From Eledone cirrhosa (Eukaryota), in assembly GCA_964016885.1 (NCBI GenBank), contig OZ024753.1, positions 32,984,001-33,048,000 of the forward strand: 64,000 nt of DNA. Direction: 5' to 3'. Shown here one piece after another: positions 1 through 14,520 of the stretch. Position numbers and translations under genes: made by a program. Positions within the stretch are counted from its first letter, which is position 1. Every line of letters begins with the position of its first letter. A model generated the notes under the pieces. It saw only the letters and a list, made by a program, of their open reading frames with translations, made no database searches and was not told the origin of the DNA.

Positions 1-176
1 ACATACATTTAAATGAAAATCATAAATGAAATAGATTACTGAATACATCTTATTGAATATATTGTGCTTAACACAGGGGTTAATTCAATCGACGAAACCC
101 ATGCTGCTAACAAAAGATTCTTTAGCCAAGCAATTCCTTATGAACAAAATTATTATATTATTAGAGGTTTCCGGCC

Positions 177-207
<31 letters not shown>

Positions 208-1064
208 TCACCATCAAGAGTGTTCATGCATATCTAACGATTCATTGATTGTTTTGCCCGAGATAAGACTACTAGACACGACCAATTTGAAATATCCTTT
301 AGAAATTCGTTTCATAAGCACAAGTAAACTGTGGAAAGAAACGTGAGCTGAAATAATAGCTGGTTTTCGTTCTTTAGTATTCTGAGAAAAACATTTCATA
401 AGATCTTAATAGCATAAAACAGACTAACCTTTATAGATCATAAAAGGTTATGTTGGAGTAATGGGGAAAGGGAACTCTAGCTTTGAAAGAAAACAATTTT
501 TCTCTAATTCTCTAATTTTCGCTAAGATAACGAAGGAGAAAGAAAAACCATGTATTGTGAATTGAAAATGATTTCCTTAATATATTACTGTTTATTTGAA
601 TTATTCCATGAACGTGAATAGGTTTTATTCAGAGATGCCAAAAAAAATCTTACTAGTACATAGTAAGTAGTACATAGAAAAATACGCTTACTTTTCAGGG
701 TGGCACAGAATATACGTCATATTATTTCACTCGGCACATTTCATACACCACCCGGTCATAGAATCCTAGACCTCTCTTCCACACTCGGTACGTTCAAAAT
801 TGGACAAATAAATAAATGTATACTAAATAAACACTAATTACATATAAATGAAAAACCTCTATGTAAGTTGTACTTTATTGCATTATTGTACGGTGTTTCA
901 TTTCTCATACAAATCTCACGGTTTCGCCATTAAGCTGAATTGAACATTTTAGGAATCCCTGATCTAAACACTATTACACGTGTAAAATGAGCTGTATATA
1001 TTTATATAGAGAGGGTGCGGTGGGGGCAGAGGGAGAGAAAGGGGCAAGGGGAGATAGATAGATA

Positions 1065-1595
1065 TATTTCTTTATTTACCATAAAGGCATAAAAAGAAGG
1101 GACAAATACAAAGGGGGAGTTTACATACAATCGAGTAAAAAGGGTATAGAATGAAAATAATAGAAAACAACCTCAAAAGGAAGGGGACGTGATGGGGGTT
1201 GCACACACACCCGAAAAAGTGTGCAATCCTTTGCCCGGAGAGCACATGGAGAAGGTGCTCCCCTCTCCTTCACTTCTTTACCTACAGGATGGTATACAGA
1301 GAAGGCCCATTTACACGAGCCATTCTCGCCACTATCACCCACCTTTCATAAAACTACCTGTGGCCAAGCACCTCTCTCTCCATTCTTATCCTTCTTCCGA
1401 AGTGATATCGGAAGAAGTAGACCAGACTATGGTCAGAGAGGAAGTTGCCTGACCTCAGACCTTTCAATCGTGTCCACCAAACAACCTCTTTCAACATGGC
1501 TATTACGCACAGAAAAACCGCCTTTGCTTCCTTTGTGAAGAGGGGAGGCGGTTTGATTGTCATCACGGACTTGGCGGTCAATCGAATCGGCTGGG
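1065..1595 (-). mobile_element. 3' fragment of a Tx1/L1-like non-LTR retrotransposon (ORF2 C-terminus + 3' UTR)
   Basis: The minus frame reads ...FLCVIAMLKEVVWWTRLKG...FFRYHFGRRIRMERE..*FYERW, matching the K-x-x-(I/V)-W-x-x-R and F-x-x-x-W pattern of L1/Tx1 ORF2 C-termini. It is followed by a pyrimidine-rich 3' UTR ending in AATAAAGAAA and is flanked by (GATA)n/(TA)n. Confidence 0.65.
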
Positions 1596-1892
1596 AGATA
1601 GATAGATATATAGATAGGCATTCAGACACAGAGATACACAGATGGATTAATGAACTGCTATAATTTTTTTATTTAATTTCCATTTCTATTTCATAATATA
1701 TTTGAATTTCAATTTTGTCCAATTCAAGATTATTAACAACAAGATAACTTATAATTAACTAATTATATTGACGGTTATTCTTCATGTGAAATTAATTAAT
1801 TATTTGACTAATTATACTATTTATTTCCGTTCTTAATTAATTCAAAAATCTGCCATCCGTGTTCAGAAAACAGTAACATTTTATAACTATAA

Positions 1893-2080
1893 ATAATTGT
1901 TTCTACTTTTGGCACAAGGCCAACAATTATCCCAGTGTATTACTTGTACTTTATTTTATCTACCCCGTAAGGATGAAAGGCAAAGTTAACCTCAGCGGGA
2001 TTTGAACTCAGACCATAAAGGGTTGTAACTCTTTGCCGAAAAGCATTGCGTCAGACTCTCTACCGATACTGCCAATCCAA
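1893..2080 (-). mobile_element. SINE family A copy (tRNA-derived head, Meta-domain-like core)
   Basis: Contains the recurrent ttgtttctacttttggcacaaggcc...ccccgtaaggatgaaaggcaaagttaacctc-gcgggatttgaactcaga. The B-box GAGTTCAAATCC lies on the minus strand. Confidence 0.85.
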
Positions 2081-2109
2081 TGGTTTTTATTATCAGCAGA
2101 AAACCACAC

Positions 2110-2310
2110 GTTATTTCACGTTGCTCCAGTCCAAACAGCTGGCACAACTGAAATGTATCTAAAATACAATGGACCACATTTTGTCATGCCGAATCTCTTT
2201 GAGAACTTCATTTTACCTGCTCGGCCACGTATACATTAACTTCATGATCAGGTAGTTCTGTTGGTCGAATCAACTGGAGCTCTCGTCGTCGGAAACGACG
2301 GCGGTCCAAC
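2110..2310 (+). mobile_element. SINE family B body fragment
   Basis: The core ttatttcacgttgctccagtcc..cagctggc is shared with 52285 and 36765, and the copy ends in an (aac)n tail. Confidence 0.65.
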
Positions 2311-3617
2311 AACAACACTAATGATATTCAAGTAATATTTGGAACATCTACAAATAACCCAATACAGTTATACATCAAAATAATTAATCCGGAACATTAG
2401 TCTCCAACTGATATATTCCTCTTCAAAGCGCAGGCAAGATGCAAAGTATTTTATTAAGGCATGAATATCAGAGACTCACCCCAACCGTGGAAACAGCTAG
2501 TGTCGAAACTTCATGTATTTGGGGGCATAACTTGGGGTATTTTATTATAATATGGCCATAACCTGAGCCTCATCAGTGAAATAAGATGGGCGGAGATAGT
2601 ATCGAAAACCATGAGAATGATGATGGTACGTATACCTTAAAGGTGTGGCCTTGTTACGTAATAGGTTACAGAGTTTCGCTACGCAGATTATGATTTACAC
2701 GTTAATTCAATGAGTAGATAATTCGGTTGATCGAAAATCTGGTAATACATATCGTCGACACTGATGAAGATCCATTTATTTGGCATTTCTCTTTTCAAAG
2801 ATATATAGACATATATGTATGTGTATGTGTCTATTGGTGTTTGTACGTGAGGGTGTGTGTGTGTGTGTGTTTCGGGTATGTGTATGTGTGCGTTATTCGG
2901 TGTCATTGGTAGATTTAGAGTTGCAGTGTTAATATGAAATGTGTTGATTAATTATTGTCAAAGATAGCAACGAGACTATGGTTAGCAACAACTCAATAAT
3001 AAAACGACTGAGAGATATTCGTACATAACGTAGTTAAGTATTATATAACGTGACACCTGAAATTGATACTAATTTTGTTGAAAAACATTTAGTCTCGTTT
3101 GCTTTTTAAATACTTATTTTAGCTCCTCCATTTAACGTTCGGTAAATTGCGTAGGAGAAGTGTATTTTTATATAGAAATTGTAGCTGACACGTTCAACTA
3201 TCAATCTTAAAATTGGATCATTTTCAAACCGCTATGTTAAATCCTTCATGAATAAGAAATTTAACATATAACAGCTATATGACAAACAGTGATTCCCAAT
3301 GGATGCGAGAGGCAGGTGAGCCATTTGGCAGTTCGAATTATTTTGTAGCTCGGGGAGGTAGACTTAATCCAAAGTTAACACCACCACCACCGCTGTTGTA
3401 CGCATGCGGGTTTGAAGATATATTTTTCCTTTCTACTCACATGTTTCGGAGACCCTAACTATACAGTAAACAAAAATGAAAGTCTTACAAGTGTAACAGC
3501 CTTTATAATTTGAGCGCCCCATCTTTTAATGCACCGTATGCATTTGATATCATGCGAAATAGCATGTGATACATATAACACACATCGTTTCCGGCATATA
3601 ATCATTCTCCTTTACCT

Positions 3618-3950
3618 ACTGAGTTCAAATCCCACCGAGGTTAACTTTGCCTTTCATGCTTACGGAGTCGATACCATAAAGTACTGGTAACACAGTGGGG
3701 TCGATTTAAACGTCATCCGCTCCCCCAATATTGCCGGTCATGTGCCTAAATCAGAAAGCATTTGGCAGAATCGGTAGAGGGTCGGGCGCCATGATTTGAC
3801 CCATAGAGTTATGGCCGTTGCCATTCTGAAATCAAATCCCACCGTGTTAGCTTTGCCTTTCATCCTTACGGGGTCGATAAAATAAAGTACCAGTAATGCA
3901 CTGGGTAATTGCTAGCCTTGTGCCCAAACTAGAAACATTATTGGCGCGCT
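3618..3950 (+). mobile_element. Two tandem SINE family A copies
   Basis: There are two successive units of gagttcaaatccc-ccgaggttaactttgcctttcatccttacggggtcgat...gtgcc-aaa-tagaa. Confidence 0.85.
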
Positions 3951-4211
3951 GGATTGGCAGAATCTCTAGAACGTTGGAGAATGATAAAGTTCCTTGATTC
4001 CAAGTTTAGAAACAATTGACTTTCGACATTTACGGCATTGCTTGTAGAACTGTTGATGTAAATTATAATTAATATTTGATCTTTAAATATTTGGTATCTT
4101 ATATTTGACATTTAAATGATCAGACAAACGCCCATTCTTTTACAGTCGGAATAAGGTATATCCGGTTTCTTCGTCAGACTTTAACAAAGATGTGTGTCTG
4201 AGGATATATAT

Positions 4212-4378
4212 AACAAAGAAAGTGTAGTAAGAAACCAGGTGGACCATAACGCACCAGAGTACTCGATACTTAGGGTAGTAGAGTGGGTAATAGGAAAAGA
4301 GTCAGGACCCCGATGGCTGAATTCTGGCCCTTTCGACAGCTAGATCCGAACTACCTGTCGAAATGGCCGGAGCTGAGC
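4212..4378 (-). mobile_element. Short fold-back element with half-hammerhead (same family as 59682-59884)
   Basis: Its reverse complement aligns to 59760-59884 (ggggtc..ttttcc-attacccactctactaccctaagtat-gagtactctggtgc-ttatggtcca-ctgg). It carries an inverted repeat at 4316-4378 and abuts TATATA and (GA)n. Confidence 0.8.
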
Positions 4379-4754
4379 TGAGAGAGAGAGAGAGAAGCAG
4401 AGAGAATGAGAGAAGCAGACTGACACAGAGACATATAGGCGTCACCGTTGACAGCAGAAGGTTAATTTCTTGTATTTTGTTTCATGAATTCTAAATGTAA
4501 ATTTTAGAAACGTTTTTGACAGATTGTAGTCTTCATGTGACAAACGGACAAGGAATCTGTCTAGTTATTATGATATAGATTAAAGGAACACAGCATAGCT
4601 GTCAAAAGGCTATGTCCTCTATGTTACTTTTCTCAAATCATTAACAGCTACATTTCAAAGCCATGACGGTTCAGAAATGAAGTCTAGAAATAGCTTCTAT
4701 TATTTTGTCGAAACAATGTAGAGTGATCACATCAATATTATGAATAAATAAGTG

Positions 4755-4965
4755 GATTGGCAGAATTGGTAGACCGTCGAATAAATTACCATTGTGCAAT
4801 TTGTTCAGTATCTTTACATTCTTATTTCAATCTCCACGAAGGTCAACTTTGATTTTCATCCTCCCAGGGTTGATAAAATAAAGTAACAGTCAAGTACTGT
4901 CTTTTTTTTTAAAGTAAACTCTTCCTTTCCTCCAAATTTGCAGGCGCCGTTGAGCCTAAATTATA
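4755..4965 (+). mobile_element. Diverged SINE family A copy
   Basis: Has the ggattggcagaattggtag head and the ggtcaacttttgattttcatcctcccagggttgataaaataaagta core. Confidence 0.75.
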
Positions 4966-5170
4966 AATCAACATTATGAAATAACTACAATACTAAATAT
5001 CTTTTAAATAGAGCTATATATGGCGCATATTGAAATGTAGCAACATAGGATATCTATTTCCCTGCCTCTTCCACTGACTCATCGCACCTTTCTTTGTGAA
5101 TTCGTTAAAATGGGATTCTGTCGCATATAAATAAACGTGAATGGTTCGTTTTGTTGGCTTTATATTCTAC

Positions 5171-5257
5171 CTCTTGCGATAGACGACAATTTGTAAGGGA
5201 ACCCTTCTCTTCCATCCGGGTTGATGTGGAGTTCACGAGCAGGAATCCCTAGATGCT
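5171..5257 (-). CDS. Candidate 87-nt phase 1-1 internal exon of the receptor gene (EHLGIPARELHINPDGREGFPYKLSSIAR)
   Basis: The acceptor is ttttcag and the donor is AG|gtagaa. The length is divisible by 3 and the sequence is open in the frame set by the phase-1 donor at 37151. Homology is not confirmed. Confidence 0.3.
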
Positions 5258-8200
5258 CTGAAAATGTATCCGAAATGTAACTTTGTACATATTTTCTTTT
5301 ATATGAATACAGTGAAGATATATTTCCCTGTCTATTTGTCATAGTCTCAGCTAATGCCTAATATTTTGTAAACATTCTCAGTGAATAAACAACTCAATTA
5401 GACTAGTTTTCACACAATATATATACATACAAGATATTGTATGTGTGTGTGCACGCGCGCGGTCACTATATATATATATATATAGTGTAGAGGGAGACTA
5501 TTTATTATTGTTATACCACTAATTTTCTATACATTTTGACCTGTTCTATTCTCTGTTGTTCATTTACTGTGTATTCCCCAAAATATATGTATGTATTCCA
5601 ACAGACGATATATTGGTTGTTTGTATGTGACATCATACCATTACACCAATATAATTTGTCAACTGTATCTAAATATCTTACCAGATACTACTAAAACCAA
5701 CCACTTCACATGTCAAATAACAACGAATTGACTTCTAACACCAATATAGGTTTCGTGAAGTATCTAATTATTTTAAATGGATGTTTCAAGATATTAAATT
5801 AAGAACAGAAGGTCCGCTACATTGTTTAAAGTAGCTGTTGCTCCGTCTCAAGAGAGAGATCGGTAATTTAGTGAGAGTGACAGAACACATAAGTGATTTC
5901 CCTTTATTCGTTGGAGAGTTTGATACGCGATTAATAATTGCCATGATACAATTGTCTATATAAAGGAACGTGTACAATATGAACTCATATTGCTAATGAT
6001 TTTGTAAAATTTAACATATCTCCTAGCCATCTACATAAGGAGTAATGTCACAATATATACAGTGTGTGCGTGTGTTATTTTTATAAACAAAGATCTCACC
6101 ATGATTAATACACCCACGGGAAATAACGGAGGTGCATTGATAAGACAGGAGTAGTCTTATGGACACAATTCACATCGCATTTGATATTTCTAGGTTCATC
6201 ACTTATGTAATCGCTGGAAAGGCTGATATAAACAATGAGAACATCTTGAAGTTTCTAACCATTTACTATAAATGGGATATATTGAATTGTTAATCAGCAT
6301 AATCGATATACTTATTTATTTTATCATTTTAAACCATTTAGAGCTAGTAAGCCATGGCATATTAGGGGATGTATCCCGTAATTCTTACAGTTTAGAAAAA
6401 AGCAAACAAGATAAACAGAGATAAGTGAACATAAAAATATAAACTGCAATTTTTAAATAAGGAAGGCCAACGGTTGGTTGATAAGCCTAAAGGAAGATGA
6501 AGAAAAATTGGAAAGCAAAGGAATCTGTAAAACAGCTAGAGGTTTATGTCTTTAGATCTTTCCGTAACCTTCATGTACTCAGGGATTTGGTTTATAGTTG
6601 GTAGACCTTTTGCAATAGAATAATATGTTGGTTTATATGGCACATGCGTCCATAATTATAGAATATAGAGGTAGAGGTGATTGAAAATTGTCCACAACGA
6701 TGAGACGAAACATAATTTCAGTTTCAGAAAACTTATGCTATTAAATGACCTTTCTAGTTTTATACATAAAAATCCTTTGATTGTAAATTATCGCTTTTAA
6801 AAAGGGATTATCTTATCTCCAAATTCCCATATCAACCATTTCAACCAATATATCAGACGTATGTCCAAATATGTGTTAAAGAAAATTACACATTTTAATG
6901 ATATGGAAAATGAAACAATCTAACATTTAAATTACCAATAACAATAAATGCTCCAAAGAATACTGACATACAGTAACACACATAGTGTTAGATGGATTCG
7001 AAACTAAAATTGGAATCAGTGAAACTTCAATAAATTACGCACAAATATAACGTAGCATATAACATAAATAAAACCAAAACAGAACATAAAACCAGGAAAA
7101 CACTTGGGAGATAATGATATTGAAAAAATATGAACACCAAATTTCTTGTATCTTCTATACATACATTTTCGCTCAAATTTCACCAGGTCTTAACTATCGC
7201 CAGTTTCTATCACGTTTCTTATATTATTAGAATTAAAAATAGATATTTCAAAAATTGGAATTACTAATTTTATCAATATTTATTCATGTATCGATTCGTA
7301 TAAAAACTAAAGTGAATATTTTTTAAATGTAATTTTGTAAAGCCTCAGTGCATTTATGTACATAAAATTGAAAGAAAAGTTAGGTGTCTAGTTTTCACAC
7401 GTTAAACATGATTTCAATATTTAAAGAAAAGGAGCAGGCGTAAAACTTTCGGATAGGCTGTACGCTTTCCACACATTCTAACATATTAAAGTTGCACATT
7501 TATCTCTCTTTCTTTCACTCGATATATATATTCCAATATCGTCGACAAATGTAATCTCCGGTGAATATAATTTGAGCTTTTATAGGTTAGTTTTCGATTG
7601 CAAAGCAGAGAATTTACTTATTCCAGTTCGCTTTAATTGTAGGGGTTTCTGTCAATGCCTCAAGCTAAGCCTGCTAATAGGAACTATTGAATGATCCTCC
7701 GCTGGTTTTGACAATGAGTATTCCAGTTGTTCATTCACTAGACAGCCTAGTCGTAAAATTAACATAAGTGGGTAATCATTTCATACACACGTGTGCCAAT
7801 AGCGTGAATCTCAGTGAGATATGGCATTACAGTGTGTGACAAGACTGGTCTTTCAATTACAAGTACAGTACATTCAATGGGATTCCAAACAATTTAGTCT
7901 ACCCAATTACACTATGCATAGATTGACACGAGACTACGGTAAATGACGTTTTCCCCCAAGACGACAGCGAGTGGTATAAAACTAGTAAACTAATTATTGC
8001 AAAGCAAACTTCTTAACCATTTGACCCTATCTAATATGTGACCTCTGTGACAACATTATCCAATACCGTATCCAATTCTGTAAAAACAGGAGCAATTTGA
8101 AGTCTTTGCTGCTATTTTAGAAAGTCGAGTTACCACGATAGCCGAATTTGGGAAGGTTGCTTGGAGTTAGTGTAACTATATAACTATTTGAAGATATCTT

Positions 8201-8609
8201 TATTGAAACTCTGCCTCCAATTAAATGCTGAATGGTCTGTTTGACAGCTACTACAGTTCTATAAGTGATTGTTAATGACTAATTGTGGGAGAGAATTGAT
8301 TTCCTTATAAAAACCGTTCGAATAATGAGCCAAATGTGTGTGTTGCTAGATCGATCTATATATCATCAAATTCTGTTAAGTGATGGCTAGTGGATGACAC
8401 AAGTATGTCGAAATTCTGCCAAATTTTAATTTGAGTACACCAATAGAATACTCTATATAAGTATACAAATAATAGCGCCATATAAACATTGCATTACTAG
8501 GTAATTGAAGACAATTATTAATAAGCCTTTCCGTATTTCAGTAATTCCATAGCTTAGATGAAACGAAAGTGAAAGGCTACGGAAGTTAGCCATCAATTGA
8601 TGCTGAAAT

Positions 8610-8727
8610 AATTGTTTCTACTTTAGGCACAAGGCCAGCAATTACCCAGTGCATTACTGGTACTTTATTTTATCGACCCCGTAAGGATGAAAGGCAAAGT
8701 CAACCTCGGCGGGATTTGAACTCAGAA
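8610..8727 (-). mobile_element. SINE family A copy (5'-truncated, short variant)
   Basis: Near-identical to 60886-61001 and 30584-30700. Confidence 0.85.
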
Positions 8728-8919
8728 TAATGAGCATAGTTTGTATTTCTAAATGCAAAGTTGTAGCTCGTTAAAACAATATCTAATCCCTAAAGAGAAA
8801 AAAATGTGTCTATCTCATGTTTAGAAGCGCATCATACCGGAGATCATTTCAGTTTTATTTGGAGTTCAACGACAGAGTGGAAAACGACTCCACTTCGAAG
8901 GGATACAAGACACTTACAA

Positions 8920-9080
8920 GTTTAATTCCCACTCCAGTTTGTATTCTAACTGGGGAGACTGGATCAACTTGAAGTAAAATAATTAGCTCAAGGAGCGGGC
9001 AGGCCATTTGGTATGGGGTTCGATCACTCGACCTCACGATAGTGAAACCGATTCCCCCAACAACTAGATCCTGTACCATA
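8920..9080 (-). mobile_element. Diverged SINE family B copy
   Basis: The minus strand has a tRNA-like head (ctagttgttgggggaatcggtttcactatcgtgaggtcgagtgatcgaacccc) followed by a ccttgagc...ttacttcaagttgatccagtc core. Confidence 0.55.
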
Positions 9081-9882
9081 CCTATATATATTATCCTGTA
9101 TGTAGCATAGCTGAAAAATAAATTTATTTCGTTTTCTGGCGGAATTGTGTCAGTGACCATGTTACAATGTGTGCGACGAAAACTTTTAAACCACGAAGTA
9201 AATGACTAGTGTAAAATAACAGTGAATTCATAAAGATATGTGTGTGTTATTTGAATGGTTAAAATGGAACTCTTTCATGATGTGACTGATTTAAAATTTG
9301 TATTTCTTTCGAGAAACATTTTAGTGAACGAAATCTTCAAATTTTCAAATGTAAAGATAAATGTTTCAATATTTCTGTAATAGAGGATGGGGGGGAGGGG
9401 GGGTATTGAATTCATTGAACTGCACTTTGTACACATATAGTGATATTGACAGCAATAGACTTCGTAGTCAGCCTCACAGAAACTATTCAATGACACTTAT
9501 GGCATACATGCTAGGAGTTATAGAAGACTTTCGTTTAATAAAAGCCGCGATTTGACATAAAACGGATATATACGAACTGAAAGCTGAATTAATCTATTAT
9601 TCAGCAACATTAACTGTGTATTATAGTGATCAAAATTATATTTATTGTGGAATTCAACGTTAAAAAGAGTTAATAAATGACGTATTTAAAAAGATTTATA
9701 TCAAATAAGTATTGCTCTCAGAAATCTTCATTTACTATTTTGCGTTTCCTATACATTTTATGAAAACCACAAGATAACAATGCAGTAAATTATTATTATT
9801 ATTATTTTGAATTCATGAGGGAACATAGTTATAGAAAAAATACTAATCTAAATTATAGTCGTCATTCGCAGCATGCACCAAT

Positions 9883-9949
<67 letters not shown>

Positions 9950-10579
9950 ATTTATCTGATAATTCTAAAGACATGATTTATGATATATATATATATATAT
10001 AAAGAACACACTGACGCCCTATCGGGCCTCACATCCTTGACTCAGAGGAACACACAGTGTGTGAAAGCTGGCGGGAGAGAGGGCTGCCCGAAGACTGTGC
10101 TAGAAATTTCTTTCACATCGGAAGGCGAAAAGATAAAAGGCAATGTAGAGCTCGGTGCGATATGAACGCAGATCACAAGGAGCACAAACAAATATCGGAA
10201 CACGTTTTATACAGGGCTCTAAGTACTCTGTCAATCGTCCAACTTATAGCAAAATATAACAACGAATAATATAGCTTTGAACCTATTCTTGATAAAGTTA
10301 AAGCTACATTGCAAAAACACCAATGGCTGAGAAAGTTTATTTCTTTTAGAGTTACTTAAATAGTAGATGTGTAGCTCTTTTCTGGCCCTCTCAGACTGAT
10401 GAAACAGATGTGGATGTTGCTTAGCCTGATCATTCTAGTCAATATTTACAGGAAAATGTGAAAACGAGAAGACCAGGTGACTCATCGAAAAGTATACAAT
10501 AGACTAATTGTCACTAAAAGCCTATCAAAGAAGCACATTGTGCAGTTAAAAGGGATGGTATGTTAGCTATTTGAAAAAC

Positions 10580-10750
10580 CCCTTACGTTCTGTGTTCAAA
10601 TCCCGCCGAGGTAAACTTTGTCTTTCATCCTTACGGGATCGATAAAATAAAGTACCAATAACACACTGGGTCGATTTATTTGACTTTCCCCTCCCCCAAA
10701 ATTGCTGTCCTTGTGCCTCAAGTAGAAACAATTATTACTACTATTATTAC
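10580..10750 (+). mobile_element. SINE family A copy (long variant)
   Basis: Reads gttcaaatcccgccgaggtaaactttgtctttcatccttacgggatcgataaaataaagtacc...cttgtgcctcaagtagaaacaattattac. Confidence 0.85.
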
Positions 10751-12050
10751 TATAGATGTGTCTGTATTTCAGTCTTTATATGGTATTAACGTGCATGATT
10801 GTTTTATTAGAATATTCTATATTTGGGTTTAAGCTATTCTTACTTCGAAGAGGTTCTATGCATTTACTAATATATTCTATAGGCACACATTAATAACTTA
10901 GAATGTATGTTACTAATACAGTCTTTTAGTGAAGGACCTAATATATAGATTAAATTATTAGTGACTTATATTATGCGTATCACATCTGATACTCGAGTTT
11001 TATAAAGAATCGGTCAGACAGCCAAATATCAGTTGAAAATTCTACTGCAACAGATAACCAGCGCAATCCGCTTAGGGACTTTAAACTTTATACAGTTTAC
11101 TTTATAACGGAAGGATCAAGGCAAAACTAATGATGATTTGTGTTGAAGCCAACGTAGAGGCCGTTGCATCTAAAGAAGTAATAATAATGGTTCAGTTGAT
11201 TTTACTGAACTAGGGCACAGCCTAGATTCGATGACTGAACATCTGATATTCCTGGAGGAAGCCATATCAAAACAGTTGGATTTCTTGAGTCATCTGTCCT
11301 TCCTTCAGATAAATCATTAAAATACTCAAATGTATGTTTATCTAATTAGTATTGCCATATAATTAATTAATTACTCATATTTTATTTTATATTATCTGTC
11401 GTGTTTTAGATATTAACCTACATTGTTACACAATATGAAAATAAAAACCTTTTCCGTCTTTCAAAATCAAAGTCTTCTTCAATTATTTAAATTTTAATTA
11501 CATAAAGGAGGAAAAAATTACAACAGTGTCCACTTTCTTGTCTCTTTTTCGAGACATTTATTTTTAAATTCTAAACATTTATAGTAACTTCTGGAGTGGA
11601 AACCTTATTTCTTGATTACTCTCTAACAAATGCATTCGTTTCAGGACGTTAAATTAATGAAATGAATATAATGAATACATTGTAAACCAGTTAAAACAAA
11701 AGAATTGTCATGGTTTAGTTTCCAGACAACAGCAATGTAATAACAAAGTTAGTTTTCCATACGTTGGCATTTTCATAAAAAATCATTGTAAGGCAATTAA
11801 TATGAAATTTAAAAAATCGATTTTTCTGTTGATAAATTAACCGGACGGAAACTAATTATCTTTTCATTTACTTCTTCGTTCAATTCTCTGTGAGTCCTAT
11901 GAAATAGATCGCCAGTAAATGCAGAATTTGAATGAAAGGTATTCTCAAACTGTCTGCCAAATAAAACTAACTGATTTTAAAATGTAACGCAAAAACGCGG
12001 TAAATTATGTTCCACCTTCTCCCATAATATCAATCCTGTCTTCGAATATA

Positions 12051-12095
<45 letters not shown>

Positions 12096-12227
12096 AAATA
12101 ATGCTTTTACAGACTTCGTCCCAGTTTTCTGCACTCTGAATCAAAATTCTGCAGAGGTTAATATTTCATATCATAATTTCGAGGTCGATACGTAAAGTGT
12201 AAGTTCAGTACAATAGCCGATTCTCTT

Positions 12228-12258
<31 letters not shown>

Positions 12259-12555
12259 AATCGGCGGGCGTATTCCGATCTGGAGATGGCTGGGGCCCTC
12301 TAAGTTTCAGTGTCCAAGATTCAGACCTATGATCGTCAGCGTTACCTCTCGTTACCATCGCATCTCTAGTATATATATAATTCTATATTATCCAATATGT
12401 TCTTTCTCTTCTAAAAACGATCAAGTGTAATTTAAAGAATATTTGCTTATTATATCGATATATTCGATTGACTCCTTCATTAAAGCATCTTAATTTTTTT
12501 TATTCGCTAGGCGAACTAGCACTGAAACAATATTTTATCGGTATTCACACACACA

Positions 12556-12638
<83 letters not shown>

Positions 12639-12797
12639 ACACAGATATATAGAGAGAATGTAAGTGAATGAAACGGAAATAATTCTCCGTCTTTTGGGTT
12701 ATATATGTCCAACGTCAACTATTCAATAGATAAAGATAACGTACACATTCATAATGGTTCAGTGCTTCGTAAAACGATAGTACACATACACACACAG

Positions 12798-12835
<38 letters not shown>

Positions 12836-14520
12836 GCAAAATGTGCAATATATATATTGCACATTTCCATTTATTTAAATATGATGTATGAAAATGTTAA
12901 GTCAGTCTTTTTTTTTTATAAATTTATTTCGTATTATAAATCATTCAAAACAAAAGAGCAGACATTTTTAATATATATTATTTCAATGAAAGCAATCATT
13001 AGAATGACCTTTACTGCTTTAGAACTGCTTCCGATTTAACTGAGATTCTGACGTTTTTTATTAACATTTTGTTTAGAAATAATTGCTTTCTGTATATTTT
13101 CTCATTAAGAATACAAACTTGCGGCAGTTCTTAATGACTAACGATTGAATAAATGCAAGCTGGAAAATAACTAATATGGTAATGACCGTGCCGACTTGTC
13201 GAAACTATGTATATATACGTGCATGTTAATGTATGTATGTTGATTTGTTGGATGTATGTGTCTAGGAATATTTGTATGTGTCTGTGTGTTACAGTTATGC
13301 CCAAAGGCACTACACATCAACACCTATCTCCAATAAGCCAACAAGGAAGCTTCTATGAGATCGCTGAACTGCGAGAGGTAAATATCAGTCATTTCAGCAG
13401 TCTCTGCACAAAGAGGAAACACGGGTTGTACACGGCTGAAATGACATTAAATCTATATCTGCTCGAACAGCATTAATGTTGAGCACAAACAACATAATAC
13501 TTGAAGTATACAGTTAGAATCCAAAAATTATAGACACATGTAGACTAAATGCATCACTCACACCGAATTTGTGTTAGACAATATGTGATATTGAGAGGCA
13601 TGTCCTTTTAATTGCAGATAAAAGTCATCTAGTAGGCAGCTTTGACAACGTATATTCTTTCATAAGGGTAGGGCTAGATGCAACACTTGGGGCTGCAAAC
13701 AAAATATCATCACTGTGAAGCGAATTTCTTAACCTTTCAACCATGTCTATACAATACGAAAATTAATTATTAAAGAATACTGTTTGGCATGATAGGAAAT
13801 CGGAGTACCATGCTAAATGATTCGCCGGGTCGGAGTCCCTTTTTGACCAATGGCTATATTTCCAGTATTTTTTTGTCATCTCTACCATTCAACTCTTTAT
13901 GGTAGATAAACAAGTGTTTACCTTTATGGTAATGGCATGGATTTAATCGATTATGCAATTTCCGCCCTTGCTGACACAATAACCAAAAAAATGAATATTT
14001 TGAACGTATAAGATTTTCTATAAAACTGAAATTGTAAGAAACTTTGTTGACTGTCTAATGTACTTAAAGTTACCAGTCTCCTTCTCTCTCCCCACAAATA
14101 CACTCTCTCTCACACCATACCATCCAGATCTGGGATTCCACTTTGACATCCGTCTTCAGTATAGACTTTATAAAATCATTCAATATAAACTTTATTTTCA
14201 ATGTGTCGCTATTTTTCGATAGGAAAAGAAATAGTTTTATAGTATTTTTAAAATATTTTTACTATTATACGCAAAATAAATATAATAGAAGAATATGGGG
14301 TGAAAGATTTCATTCAGTTGCAATATGCACAATTATATAACATTGAAAACACTTTCATGGAATAGGTAATTATGTAAATATTGTAGAAATGGCGTAGAAT
14401 TCACAAAAGATTCACTTTTCTAAATAGAAAACAGAGAAAGAAATGCAAACTCTGTAACAAAAGGAAACGGTACGTTCAATATATTGTTGATATATGGAAA
14501 GTATATATATATATATATAT

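Noticed and set aside
2500-2580. CTGATGAG on the minus strand as an HHR
   Set aside because: There is no correctly placed GAAA, stem II or stem I partner.
3760-3850. tRNA genes at SINE heads
   Set aside because: Only A/B-box-like remnants are present, continuous with SINE bodies, and there is no cloverleaf.
4150-4182. Minus-strand CTGACGA-a-GAAAccgga as an HHR
   Set aside because: Stem II is absent and stem I does not pair. It is at best an unverifiable remnant.
6100-7120. Possible very old non-LTR retrotransposon remnant
   Set aside because: The composition is suggestive but no diagnostic motif could be read with confidence.
12295-12345. Minus-strand CTGACGA...GAAA as an HHR
   Set aside because: There is no UH cleavage triplet or stem I complementarity.
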